Origin: an uncultured Candidatus Rokubacteria bacterium | Lineage (GTDB): Bacteria; Methylomirabilota; Methylomirabilia; Rokubacteriales; CSP1-6 | Length of the DNA: 64,000 nucleotides | Direction: 5' to 3' | NCBI GenBank assembly: GCA_963747235.1 | Contig: CAVVEU010000033.1 | Span: 223,282 to 287,281, forward strand | Shown: in pieces, positions 20,529 through 31,319 of the stretch | Layout of the letters: every line of letters begins with the position of its first letter | Numbering within the stretch: the first letter of the stretch is position 1 | Made by a program: the position numbers and the translations under genes | Notes under the pieces: generated by a model | Databases searched by the model: none | Seen by the model: only the letters and a program-made list of their open reading frames with translations | What the model was told of the DNA's origin: nothing

Positions 20529-21688
20529 GATACCTCCCCCTGCTCTGGGCCGGTCTCTTCCGCAAGAAGACGCGCACGGTCCTCACGCTGCTCTCCATCG
20601 TGGTGGCCTTCGCCCTCTTCGGCCTCCTGCAGGCGGTGCAGGTCGCCTTCGAGTCGGGCGCCGACGCGGCCGACGCCAAGCGCCTGCTCACCACCGCGCG
20701 CTACTCCATCATCGAGCCGCTGCCCATGTCCTACCTGCGCCGGATCGAGCAGGTGCCGGGCGTGGTGGGCGTGGCCTCCGCGGACTGGTTCGGGGCCAAG
20801 TACCAGAACGAGTCCAATGCCTTCCCGGTCTTCGCGGTGGACCCGGCGCGCTACCTGGACATGTACCCGGAGTTCACCATCGAGCGCGCGCATCGCGAGG
20901 CCTTCGCGCGGACGCGCACCGGCGCGATCGCGGGCAAGCGACTGGCCGATCGCTTCGGCTGGAAGGTCGGGCAGAAGCTGCCGATCAGCTCGGAGATCCA
21001 CGCCAAGACCGACGGCAGCCTGAACTGGGAGTTCGACCTGGTCGGCATCCTCGACGCCGACGATCCGGCGGTGCGCGGCAACACCGACATGGTCCTGATC
21101 AACGTGGCCTACTTCGACGAGGCCCGCCAGATCGGCCGCGGCAAGACCGGCTGGTACATCGTGCGCGTGGCCGACTCCACCCAGGCCCGCGCCATCTCGG
21201 CGACGATCGACACCCTCTTCACGAACTCGCCCGACGAGACCAAGACCCAGCCCGAGAAGGAGTTCGCGCTGGGCTTCGCCAAGCAGATCGGCGACATCGG
21301 CGCGCTGGTCACCCGCATCCTGATCGCGGTGTTCTTCACCATCCTGATCCTGACCGGCAACACGATGGCCCAGTCCATCCGCGAGCGCATCCCGGAGCTG
21401 GCGATTCTCAAAACGCTCGGCTTCTCCGACGGCAAGGTCACCGCGCTGGTGCTCGCGGAGGCGGTCCTGCTGCTGATCCTGGGCGGCGCCATCGGCATGG
21501 GCGCGGCGGTGGCCGCCATGCCCGCGCTCAACGGCTCCACCGGCGGCCGCTTCCCCCCGCTCTTCGTCGGCCCCGAGACCTGGCTCCTGGCCGCCGCCAT
21601 CGCGGCCCTCGTCGCGCTCTGCATCGGCCTCCCCCCCGCCCTGCGCGCCAACCGCCTGAAGATCGTCGACGCCTTGTCCGGGCACTAG
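20525..21688 (+). CDS. ABC transporter permease, FtsX-like (MacB-type), copy 1
   Basis: 387 aa, N-terminal TM, large periplasmic domain, C-terminal three-TM FtsX domain. Confidence 0.85.
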   Translation: MRYLPLLWAGLFRKKTRTVLTLLSIVVAFALFGLLQAVQVAFESGADAADAKRLLTTARYSIIEPLPMSYLRRIEQVPGVVGVASADWFGAKYQNESNAFPVFAVDPARYLDMYPEFTIERAHREAFARTRTGAIAGKRLADRFGWKVGQKLPISSEIHAKTDGSLNWEFDLVGILDADDPAVRGNTDMVLINVAYFDEARQIGRGKTGWYIVRVADSTQARAISATIDTLFTNSPDETKTQPEKEFALGFAKQIGDIGALVTRILIAVFFTILILTGNTMAQSIRERIPELAILKTLGFSDGKVTALVLAEAVLLLILGGAIGMGAAVAAMPALNGSTGGRFPPLFVGPETWLLAAAIAALVALCIGLPPALRANRLKIVDALSGH

Positions 21689-21883
21689 AGGCACTCGGTG
21701 CGGTTCATGACGCGCGCAGGTACGGCATTGATCTTATTGGGGGGGAGCGGCGGCGCTCCTCCCCCAAGCCCCCCCACCGCATCATTCACTTGCGCGGGGC
21801 CGGTTCCGGTCTGCGGGCGGACATCCGTCGACCACAGGTCTGCTCGATGCGCACGCTGACTCAGATCGTCGGCCATCACCCTC

Positions 21884-23041
21884 ATGAACCTGCGCAACCT
21901 GCCCTCGCGGGTCGGCACGTCGCTCGTGGTGGTCGTGGGCATCGCGGGCGTGGTCGGGGTGCTGGTGTCGGTGCTCGCGATGTCGGAGGGGTTTCGCCAC
22001 ACGCTGGCCAGCACCGGGCGCGGGGATCGCGTGATCATGCTGCGCGCCGGCTCCGACGCGGAGCTCTCGAGCGGCGTGGATCGCGACCAGGCCACGCTGC
22101 TGGCGGCGCTGCCCGGCGTGGCCCGCGACGCCGCCGGGCGCTCGCTCGCCTCCGCGGAGCTGGTGGTGATGGTGGACCTGCCACGCAAGGGCGAGAGCCA
22201 TCCCAACAACGTGCCGTTTCGCGGCGTGCAGCGCGCCGCGTTCGACATCCGGGACGAGGCGCGGCTCGTCGAGGGGCGCCGCTTCGAGCCGGGCGTCCGC
22301 GAGGTCGTGGTGGGCCGCAAGGCGGCCGGCCAGTTCGCGGGCCTCTCGGTCGGCTCGCGCATCGGCTTCCGCGACAGCGACTGGACGGTGGTCGGCATCT
22401 TCGAGAGCGGCGGCGACGTGCACGAGTCGGAGATCTGGGCCGACGCCGAGGTGGCCATGTCCGCCTTCCGGCGCACCGGCTACCAGTCGGTGACGGCCCG
22501 GCTCGCCGATGGCTCGGACGGAGGCCTCGCCGCCTTCCGCGACTCGGTCAGCCGCGATCGCCGGTTCTCGATCAGCGTGCTGCGCGAGCCCGAGTACTAC
22601 GCCAAGCAGGCCAATGTGCTGGCGGGGCTCATCAACGTGCTGGGCTACACGGTGGCCACCTTCATGGCGGTGGGCGCCACCTTCGGCGCGCTCAACTGCA
22701 TGTACTCGGCGATCGCGAGCCGCCAGGTGGAGATCGCGACCCTGCGCGCCATCGGCTTCGGCGGGACGCCGGTGGTGATCTCGGTGATGATCGAGGCCCT
22801 CGTGCTGTCGCTGCTGGGCGGGGCGGTGGGCGGCGGCCTGGCCTACGTCTACTGCGACGGCGCCTCGCTCTCCACGCTCAACTTCAACACGTTCTCGCAG
22901 GTGGCCTTCGACTTCCGCGTGACGCCGGGCCTGCTCCTCCGCGGGCTCACCTGGGCGCTGGTCATCGGCCTGGCCGGCGGGCTCCTGCCCGCGGTGCGCG
23001 CGGCCCGTATCCCGGTCACCGAGGCGCTGCGGACCGGTTGA
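21884..23041 (+). CDS. ABC transporter permease, FtsX-like, copy 2
   Basis: 385 aa, same architecture as copy 1; separated from it by 195 bp containing a GC hairpin. Confidence 0.85.
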   Translation: MNLRNLPSRVGTSLVVVVGIAGVVGVLVSVLAMSEGFRHTLASTGRGDRVIMLRAGSDAELSSGVDRDQATLLAALPGVARDAAGRSLASAELVVMVDLPRKGESHPNNVPFRGVQRAAFDIRDEARLVEGRRFEPGVREVVVGRKAAGQFAGLSVGSRIGFRDSDWTVVGIFESGGDVHESEIWADAEVAMSAFRRTGYQSVTARLADGSDGGLAAFRDSVSRDRRFSISVLREPEYYAKQANVLAGLINVLGYTVATFMAVGATFGALNCMYSAIASRQVEIATLRAIGFGGTPVVISVMIEALVLSLLGGAVGGGLAYVYCDGASLSTLNFNTFSQVAFDFRVTPGLLLRGLTWALVIGLAGGLLPAVRAARIPVTEALRTG

Positions 23042-23107
23042 CTCGCTTGCCGCCCCCGGGCTAGCCTCGGGCGGTCAGGCAAGCCGACCAGCCCAGGAGG
23101 CCTCCCC

Positions 23108-24795
23108 GTGCACGATCTCGTCATCGACAACGCGCGTCTCATCGACGGTCTCGGCACGCCCGCGCGTGACGGCAGCCTCGCGGTCACGGACGGCCGCATC
23201 GCCGCGATCGGCGGCGACCTCGGCCCCGCGCGCGAGCGGGTGGACGCGGGCGGCCTCGTGCTCGCCCCCGGCATCGTGGACCTGCACACCCACTACGACG
23301 CCCAGCTCACCTGGGATCCCTTCGCGACGCCCTCGACCTCGCTCGGGGTGACCACGGTGGTGATCGGCAACTGCGGCTTCACGATCGCCCCGTGCCGCCC
23401 GGCCAACCGCGATCTCGTCGTGCGCAACCTCACCCACGTCGAGGGCATGTCGCTCGAGGCCATGCGCGCGGGCATCCAGTGGGACTTCGAGAGCTATCCC
23501 GAGTACCTGGCCTCGCTCGAGCGCCGCGGGCTCGTGCCCAACGTGGCCTCGTTCGTCGGCCACTCCTCGGTGCGCACCTACGTGCTCGGCGAGGAGGCCA
23601 GCCGGCGGAAGGCCACCGACGCGGAGATCGCGGAGATGCGGCGGATCGTGGTGGAGGCGCTGCGGGCCGGCGCGATCGGCTTCGCCACCTCCACGCTCGA
23701 GCAGCACAACGGCGAGCACGGCATCCCGATGCCCTCGCGGCTGGCCGACGAGCGCGAGATGGCCGCGCTCACCGGCGCGCTCGGCGAGGTCGGCCGCGGC
23801 GTGTTCATGCTGACCAAGGGCATGACCTCGACAGTTCCCTGGCTCGAGGGCATCGCGGCGGCCACCCGCCGGCCGGTGATGATCGCGGCCATGTTCGTGG
23901 ACCCGGGCGATCCGACCCGCGTCTTCCGCGAGCTGGGCGAGATCGAGGCCGCGCGCAGCCGGGGGCGCGAGCTGTGGGCGCAGGTGGGGTGCTTCCCGCT
24001 CGGCATGGAGTTCACCCTCCGCCACCCCTACCCGCTCGAGGCCTTCATCGCCTGGCGGCCCGCCATCGAGGCCGCCGAGGAGGCGCGCTACCGCGCGGTG
24101 CTGGCGGACCCGTCGTTCCGCGCCGCGCTCAAGAAGGAGATCGGCCAGCCCGGCGTGCCGAACCGCTTCAGCGACAAGAACTGGGATCACCTGACGATCG
24201 CGGAGGTGCAGCGCCCCGAGCACCGGGATCTGGAGGGCCAGACCATCGGCGCGCTGGCCCGCGAGCGCGGCCAGCATCCGTGGGACACCTTCCTCGACTT
24301 CGGCCTCGACGGCGAGCTCGACGCCATGTTCGACTGCCGTCTCTTCAACATCGACGAGACCGAGGTGAAGCGGCTGCTGCGCCACCCCCACGCCGCGGTG
24401 GCCCTGTCCGACGCGGGCGCCCATCTCTCGTTCCTCTGCGACGCGGGCTTCGGCCTGCACCTCTACGGGCACTGGGCGCGCGAGCGCGGCGATCTCACCC
24501 TCGAGCAGGCGGTGCGGGCGGTGACCAGCGCGGTGGCCGACGCCTACCGCATCCAGGACCGCGGCCGGCTCCAGGCCCGGCGCCTGGGCCGACCTCATGC
24601 TGTTCGACCCGAAGACGGTCGGCCGGGGCGGCAAGCGCCGCGTGAACGACCTGCCCACCGGGGCCAGCCGGCTGGACACGCCGGCCGTCGGCCTCCACGG
24701 GGTGTGGGTGAACGGGGTCCGGACCGCGAACGAGCGCGGCGTGATCCCCGGAGTGCGGCCGGCCGGGCCGGCTCCTGCGGGATTTCCCCGGCTAG
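23108..24795 (+). CDS. N-acyl-D-amino-acid deacylase (D-aminoacylase) family amidohydrolase, two apparent frameshifts near 24575 and 24755
   Basis: ..VLAPGIVDLHTHYDAQLTWDP.. metal-binding HxH; C-terminal ..APGAWADLMLFDPKTV..GVWVNGV.. and ..PGRLLRDFPG* appear only after frame shifts. Confidence 0.8.
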
Positions 24796-24832
24796 GAGCC
24801 TCCGCGGCCCCCGGCGGAACCCGCCGGAAATT

Positions 24833-24867
24833 AGGGTTGACAACCCTTCTTCATTAGGTTTACCTAA
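24833..24867. promoter_or_regulatory. two adjacent palindromes (AGGGTTG-A-CAACCCT and TTAGGT-TT-ACCTAA) upstream of the TonB-dependent receptor; candidate operator(s)
   Basis: Perfect 7-1-7 and 6-2-6 inverted repeats; the first embeds TTGACA; 140 bp upstream of the receptor start. Confidence 0.45.
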
Positions 24868-25004
24868 GTCCCGCCCCGGTCGTGGACCGGGGCCGGCCGG
24901 TTCCCGAGCGCGAGGACCCCGCCGAAACGATTCGCTAGCCAGCCTCCGGTTTCGCGACCCAAGCTAGCCAGCCCGGTCAGCCCACTTCTCCCGGGAGGCA
25001 TCGC

Positions 25005-27177
25005 ATGGGTCGCCGTCGAGCATTCGTCAGGAACATCAAGCGCGCCAGTCGGCGCGGGGTCCCGTTCATGGGTCTGGCGCTCGCCGCCACCTCGGCGTGG
25101 GCACAGACGCCGCCCGCCGATACCAAAGGACGGCAAGGACGACGTCTCGCTGCCCGGCGTGGACGTCCGAGGCCAGCGCAACCAGTTCAAGATCGAGGAG
25201 CCGAGCCTCTACAAGCTGCCCGACTCGATCAAGGACACCCCGCAGTCCATCACCGTGCTGCCCGAGCAGATGCTCGAGGAGCGCGCGCTCTTCACGCTCC
25301 GCGACGCGCTGCGCACCGTGCCCGGCATCAGCCTGGCCGCGGGCGAGGGCGGCGGCCGGCAGGGCGACAACCTCACGCTGCGCGGCTTCCCCGCCGGCAA
25401 CGACATCTACATCGACGGGGTGCGCGACCTCGGCCAGTACGGGCGCGACACGTTCAACCTGGAGTCGGTCGAGGTGCTCAAGGGCCCGTCCGCGGTCCTG
25501 TTCGGCCGCGGCTCCACCGGCGGCATCATCAACCAGGTCAGCAAGTCGCCGAAGCTCACCCCGTTCTACGAGCTCAGCGGCACGGTGGGGAACGGCCCGC
25601 AGGGGCGGGTCGCGGTGGACGTCAACCAGCCGATCGGGGGCTCGGGCGCCCTGCGCCTCAACCTGATGGGCTTCAAGGGCGAGACGCCGGGCCGGGACTT
25701 CATCGAGCAGCAGCGCCTCGGCGCGGCGCCGTCCGTCGGCATCGGCCTCAACGGCCCCACCCGCTTCATCGTGAGCTACTTCTACCTGAACGACGACAAC
25801 ATGCCGGACTACGGCTTCCCGTATCTCAACGGCAAGCCGGCGCCGGTGGGCCGGGCGGTGCGGACGGAGAACTTCTACGGCATCCCCGACCGGGACTACG
25901 AGCACGACGACGTCCACATCGGCACCCTGCGCTTCGAGCACGACTTCAACGAGAACGTGCGCCTGCGGAACACGCTGCGCCTGGCCATGATCGACCGGGG
26001 CTCGCTGGTGTCCATCCCGGCCATCGTGGGCACCCCGGCCCCGGGCACCCCGCTCGCCGCGATCCAGGTGTCGCGCACCGGCACCCAGCGGAGCCAGCAG
26101 GACACGAGCGTCATCAACACCACCGACGTGGTGGTGAAGTTCAACACGTGGAAGTTCAAGCACACCCTGGTCGCGGGCGTCGAGGCCTCCCAGGAGACGT
26201 CCGACATCCAGCGCTACACCTTCACCGGCGTCCCGAACGCCAGCCTCATCAACCCGGACAACGATCCGAACCTGGCGGGCATGGGGCGGGTCAAGAACTT
26301 CAACGGCTCCTCGTCGGCGACCGCGGTCGGCGTCTACGCGGTGGACGAGATGGCCATCACCGACCAGTGGAAGATCATGGGCGGCCTGCGCTACGACCTC
26401 TTCGACGCCCACTTCCGCAACCGCTTCGCGGCCCAGAAGTTCTCGCGGACCGACGAGGCGCTGAGCCCGCGCGCCGCGCTGATCTTCCTGCCCACCAAGG
26501 AGCAGACCTACTACTTCTCCTACGGCACCGCGTTCAACCCCTCCGCGGAGGCCCTCGTGCTCGCGCTCAACAACGCGGGCACCGAGCCCGAGAAGAACGA
26601 GACCTTCGAGCTGGGCGCCAAGTTCGACCTCTTCAACGGCGCCCTCGGACTGCGCGGCGCGGTGTTCCAGATCAACAAGACCAATGCCCGCACCACCGAT
26701 CCGGTGCTGGGCATCCAGGTCACCGACGGCCGGCAGCGGGTGCGCGGCTTCGAGATCGAGGCGGTGGGCCAGATCATGCGCGGCTGGAACATCTTCCTCG
26801 GCTACGCCTACCTCGACTCCCGCGTCACCGAGTCGTTCGACCTCCAGGTCGGCATCCCGGTCGAGGGCAAGCGCATCGCCAACGTGCCCGAGCACTCGGC
26901 GAGCCTGTGGACCACCTACGACATCACGAGCCAGTGGCAGGTGGGCGGCGGCGCCTTCTTCGTGGACAAGCGCTTCGCCAACAACAACAACGTCAACGAG
27001 GTGCCCTCCTACGTGCGCGGCGACGTCTCGATCGCCTACCGCCCGATCAAGCCCCTCGAGCTGCGCTTCAACATCCTGAACATCGCCGATACGACCTACT
27101 ACGACGCGGTGCACCCCGGCCACGTGATCCCCGGCGCGGCCCGCACCTTCCTCATGACCGGCACCTGGAGGTTCTAG
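25005..27177 (+). CDS. TonB-dependent outer-membrane receptor (siderophore/iron type), apparent frameshift near 25120
   Basis: Plug domain (..[32 protein letters not shown]..), 22-strand barrel, C-terminal ..TGTWRF*; RBS GGAGG before ATG 25005. Confidence 0.9.
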
Positions 27178-27187
27178 ACCCCGCGCC

Positions 27188-27868
27188 ATGCTCCTCCACG
27201 TCCCCAAGGTCTTGACCGAGACGCAGGTGGCGCGCTGCCGCGCGCTGCTGGACGACGCCAAGTGGGTGGACGGCCGGATGACGGCCGGCCACCTCTCCGC
27301 GAAGGCCAAGCACAACCTGCAGGTCGCCGAGGGGACGCCGGAGGCGCGGGAGATGGGCGAGGTCATCGTGACCGCGCTCGAGCGCAACCCGCTGTTCATG
27401 TCCGCCGCGCTGCCCCTGCGCGTCTTCCCGCCGCTCTTCAACCGCTACGAGCCCGGCATGGCCTTCGGGGCCCACGTGGACAACGCGATCCGGCAGGTCG
27501 CGGGCAGTCCGCTCCGGGTGCGCACCGATCTCTCGGCCACGCTCTTCCTGACCCCGCCCGAGGCGTACGACGGGGGCGAGCTGGTGGTGGACGACACCTA
27601 CGGCGCGCACTCGGTCAAGCTCCCCGCCGGCGACATGATCCTCTACCCGGCCACGAGCCTGCACCGGGTCATCCCGGTGACGCGGGGCGCGCGTCTGGCC
27701 TCGATCTTCTGGGTCCAGAGCATGGTGCGCGACGACGGGGAGCGCTCGCTGCTCTTCGATCTCGACATGGCCATCAGCCAGGTGAGCGAGGCGACCCCGG
27801 ACAACCCCGGCGTGGTCGCGCTCACGAGCTGCTATCACAACCTGCTGCGCCGCTGGGCGGACGCCTGA
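27188..27868 (+). CDS. piuC: Fe(II)/2-oxoglutarate-dependent oxygenase PiuC/YbiX family
   Basis: 226 aa; HxD...H motif (AFGAHVDNA .. LHRV); characteristic neighbour of iron receptors. Confidence 0.8.
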   Translation: MLLHVPKVLTETQVARCRALLDDAKWVDGRMTAGHLSAKAKHNLQVAEGTPEAREMGEVIVTALERNPLFMSAALPLRVFPPLFNRYEPGMAFGAHVDNAIRQVAGSPLRVRTDLSATLFLTPPEAYDGGELVVDDTYGAHSVKLPAGDMILYPATSLHRVIPVTRGARLASIFWVQSMVRDDGERSLLFDLDMAISQVSEATPDNPGVVALTSCYHNLLRRWADA

Positions 27869-27881
27869 GGAGCCGGTCACG

Positions 27882-28616
27882 ATGATGCGCGCGGGACTCG
27901 CGGGCTGGCCGCTCTGGATCTCCGTCGGCGTGCACGTGGTCGGACTCGCCACCGCGTCGTCCGTCGTCGCGCTCGCGCGCCACGAGCCCGAGCGCGTGCT
28001 CGTGCCGGTCGAGCTGGTGCGGGTGGAGCCGCCGCCGCCCGAGCCGCCGAAGCCCCCGCGCGTGATCCCGCGGACGAGCCCGGTGGTCCGATCCGCCCCG
28101 ATCACCCAGACCCTGATGCAGCCGGATCCGGTGCCCCAGCCGGTCCGGCCCGAGCCCGTCCCGACCGCGCCCGATCGCCGCTACATGGCCTCGGCCAACG
28201 TGCCCGGCCCCGCGCTGGCGATCCCCGGCGACGCCGGCGCGGGCGGACTCCTGCTCCCCGCGCCCGAGATCCCGGGCGCCGCGCCGGGAGCCCGCGTCGG
28301 CACCGGCGTGGCGCGCGGCACCGCCGAGGGCGTCACGTCGTTCGCGCGCCCGCTCGGCGGCTATCAGACCACCCCCCACTACCCGGAGAGCGCGCGACGC
28401 GAAGGCGCCGAGGGCGTCGTGACGCTCCGATTCGAAGTGCTCACGAGCGGCAAGGTCGGCACGGTGCAGGTCCAGCGCTCCGCCGGGCGACCGGATCTGG
28501 ACCGGGCCGCCACGGAGGCTATCAGGACATGGCTGTTCGAGCCCGCTCGTCGAGGAAAGGAGGCCGTCGCCGTATGGGTCATCTTGCCGGTTCGCTTCGA
28601 GCTGAACGCCCGTTGA
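27882..28616 (+). CDS. tonB: energy transducer TonB
   Basis: N-terminal TM, Pro-rich spacer (PPPPEPPKPPRV), TonB C-terminal domain (..YPESARREGAEGVVTLRFEV..G.V..V..S). Confidence 0.85.
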   Translation: MMRAGLAGWPLWISVGVHVVGLATASSVVALARHEPERVLVPVELVRVEPPPPEPPKPPRVIPRTSPVVRSAPITQTLMQPDPVPQPVRPEPVPTAPDRRYMASANVPGPALAIPGDAGAGGLLLPAPEIPGAAPGARVGTGVARGTAEGVTSFARPLGGYQTTPHYPESARREGAEGVVTLRFEVLTSGKVGTVQVQRSAGRPDLDRAATEAIRTWLFEPARRGKEAVAVWVILPVRFELNAR

Positions 28617-29450
28617 GCCGCCGTCCCCGCGGTCATCACTGGACGGCCGTCGGGCTCGCCTTCTGCGCCATCGCCACCGCGGGCACCGCGGGGGCCCAGG
28701 GCATCTGGGACGATCCCGCCTTCGCGCTCTACCGCCAGGCCGTCGAGGCCATGGACCGGAAGGACTACGCGAAGGCGAGCGAGCTCTCCGGGCAGGCCAT
28801 CGCCCAGCAGCCCACGCACGTGCTCGCCCACTACCTGCGCGGGCAGGCCGCGATGTTCCAGTCGCGGTGGGAGGACGCGGCGGCCGCGTTCGGGAAGGCG
28901 GTGGAGCTCTACCCGGGCTCGTTCGCGGCCCAGCGGGACCTGGGCGGCGCGCTACGAGCAGCTCAATCGCGTGGACGACGCCGCGCGCGCCTACGAGGCG
29001 GCCCTCGCCCTGCGCGACCAGGACGATCTGCGGCTCCGCCTGGCCTTCATGCTGCTGAAGGCGAACCAGCAGCCGCGCGCGCTCACGCATCTCCAGACGC
29101 TGGCCGATCGCGACACCAAGACGCCGGAGGTCTGGAGCACGCTCGGGCGCCTGGCCTACGAGAAGAACGATCTCCCCGGCGCCGAGAAGGCCTTCACCCG
29201 CGCCGCCACGCTCCGCGACGAGGGCCGCGCGTGGTTCAACGTGGGCGTGGTGCGCACGCGGCTGAACGATCTCCCGGGGGCGCTCCAGGCCTACGAGAAG
29301 GCCGCGCAGCACAGCGAGACGCGCGAGCCCGCGCAGAAGGAAGTGGCGAAGGTGCGTGAGGCCATGAAGGGCCCGAGCACCGGCACCGCGCCCGACCGGG
29401 CGATGCCGGGCAGCGCCCCGGGCCAGCCGGTCCCGACCCGCCGCTACTAG
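28613..29450 (+). CDS. TPR-repeat protein (secreted), apparent frameshift near 28935
   Basis: Signal peptide; TPR-like helical repeats (..AHYLRGQAAMFQSRWEDAAAAFGKAVELYPGS.. ; ..WFNVGVVRTRLNDLPGALQAYEKAAQ..); TTG start overlaps the tonB stop. Confidence 0.6.
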
Positions 29451-29457
29451 CGCGATC

Positions 29458-30660
29458 ATGTCGCTGCGCACGCTGCTCTTCTGGCTGCACCTGCTGGTCG
29501 GGGTGACCGCGGGCGCGGTGATCCTGTTCATGTCGGTCACCGGCGTGATCCTGGCCTTCGAGCCGCAGATCACCGACTGGCTCGAGCGGGATCGCCGGAT
29601 CATCACGCCGCCGCCCGACGCGCGCCCGCTCTCCGCGGAGGCCATCCTCGCCAAGGCGCGCGAGGCCCGGCCGGACGTGCGCCCCACCGCGCTCACGCTG
29701 CGCGCCGACCCGAGCGCGTCGGCGGTGGTGAGCTTCGGCCGCGAGGGCGGCGCGCTCTTCGTGGACCAGTACCGCGGCGTGGTGCTGGGCGGCCTCTCGC
29801 CGGTGCACGACGCGCTCCACGAGGTGGTCGAGTGGCATCGCTGGCTCGGCTCGCGCGACAACCTCCGGCCGGTCACGGGCGCGGCCAACCTGGGCTTCCT
29901 CGGGCTCGTCGTGCTCGGCGTCTACCTCTGGTGGCCGCGCCGGTGGACGCGCGAGACGGTGCGGGCCGTCACGCTGTTCCGGGGGGGCCTCGGCGGCCGC
30001 GCGCGCGACTTCAACTGGCACAACGTGATCGGCATCTGGTGCGCGCCCGTGCTCCTGGTCCTGACGCTCACCGGCGCGATCATGTCCTACCAGTGGGCCA
30101 ACAACCTCCTCTACACCCTGACCGGCAACGAGCCCCCTCCGCCGCCGCCGGCCCCCGCCGCGGGCGCGCAGGCCGCCCGCGAGGGCCAGCGACGCCAGCG
30201 CCCGCCCGCGGCCGAGACCGGGCGCGCGGCCGCGGGGCTCGACGCGCTCTGGGCCCGCGCCGAGCGCCAGGTCCCGGGCTGGATCGCCATCAATGCCCGG
30301 CTGCCGCAGCGGCCCGATGCGCCGGTGACCTTCTTCATCCAGGAGCCGGTCGGCTGGCATCCTTCTCCGCGCTCGCAGCTCGTGCTCGACCCGGTCACCG
30401 CGGACGTGGTCAAGTGGGAGCCCTTCGCGGGGCAGAACATGGGTCGCCGGCTGCGGGCCTGGGTGCGCCCCCTCCATACCGGCGAGGCGGGCGGGCTCGT
30501 CGGCCAGACGATCGCCTTCCTGGCGTCCGCCGGCGGCGCGATGCTGGTCTGGACCGGGATCGCGCTGGCCTGGCGGCGCTTCAGGAGCTGGCGCCGCCGC
30601 GCCGGGTCGAGCGAGGCTATCCTGGCTCCCGAGGCCCGCCAAGAAGTGTCAGCAGACTGA
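29458..30660 (+). CDS. PepSY-associated TM helix protein (PiuB-like iron-regulated membrane protein)
   Basis: 400 aa; PepSY_TM architecture with four TM helices; conserved HxxxGxW (LHEVVEWHRWLG; RPLHTGEAGG). Confidence 0.85.
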   Translation: MSLRTLLFWLHLLVGVTAGAVILFMSVTGVILAFEPQITDWLERDRRIITPPPDARPLSAEAILAKAREARPDVRPTALTLRADPSASAVVSFGREGGALFVDQYRGVVLGGLSPVHDALHEVVEWHRWLGSRDNLRPVTGAANLGFLGLVVLGVYLWWPRRWTRETVRAVTLFRGGLGGRARDFNWHNVIGIWCAPVLLVLTLTGAIMSYQWANNLLYTLTGNEPPPPPPAPAAGAQAAREGQRRQRPPAAETGRAAAGLDALWARAERQVPGWIAINARLPQRPDAPVTFFIQEPVGWHPSPRSQLVLDPVTADVVKWEPFAGQNMGRRLRAWVRPLHTGEAGGLVGQTIAFLASAGGAMLVWTGIALAWRRFRSWRRRAGSSEAILAPEARQEVSAD

Positions 30661-30801
30661 CACACCCCGCCAGAGTCGTCGGCGCAGTGCGCCGTTCCTT
30701 CCTGACTTTTCAGTAACTTGGCCTGAAATCCTACTGGCAATCCGCTTGCACACTCCTCCCCTCGTCCGGGCTCGCCCGGAGAGACCGAGAGGAGGCAGGC
30801 A

Positions 30802-31305
30802 ATGGGTGGAGTTACCGTCGCGAAACGGCTGGAGCGGCTGGTCCGGTTCGTTCCCGGAGTCGCGGGCTATCAGGACCGGGAAAATGCCCGGGCCACCGAC
30901 AAGCAGGTCCGGATGCGGCTCGTCGGCGAGATCCAGCGGCTCATCCAGAGCCTCGAGGAGGACAAGGAGCGCATCGCCGGCTCCGGCGATCTCTCCTCCC
31001 TGCCGCGCCTCGACCGGCTCGCGGGACGCCTCGAGCGCCTCGGCCGCACCGTGGAGTTCGCGGGCCGTGGCTACGCGGGCCTCTTCGATCTCCACACGGT
31101 GGACGGCGACACGCTGGAACAGCTCTACGCCTTCGACCTCGGGCTCTTCGACGCGCTGAGCGCGGTACGGGCCAAGGCGGAAGCGGTGCGCGCCGCGCTC
31201 CCCGATCCGGAGGCGCTCCGGAGCGCGGCCGAGCACATGCGGGAAGCGCTGGACGACTTCGGGGAGCTCTTCGACCAGCGCCGGCGCATCGTCGACGCGG
31301 ACTAG
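30802..31305 (+). CDS. hypothetical alpha-helical/coiled-coil protein, first gene of the SPFH operon
   Basis: 167 aa, strong RBS GAGGAGG, helical heptad-like composition; no family recognised. Confidence 0.55.
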   Translation: MGGVTVAKRLERLVRFVPGVAGYQDRENARATDKQVRMRLVGEIQRLIQSLEEDKERIAGSGDLSSLPRLDRLAGRLERLGRTVEFAGRGYAGLFDLHTVDGDTLEQLYAFDLGLFDALSAVRAKAEAVRAALPDPEALRSAAEHMREALDDFGELFDQRRRIVDAD

Positions 31306-31319
31306 GACGGACCAACGCC

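Noticed and set aside
24873-24891. Inverted repeat CCCCGGTC-GTG-GACCGGGG downstream of the D-aminoacylase gene, as a terminator
   Set aside because: A plausible intrinsic-terminator stem, but there is no U-tract and it lies inside the receptor leader. It is left as an uncertain structural element rather than a called terminator.
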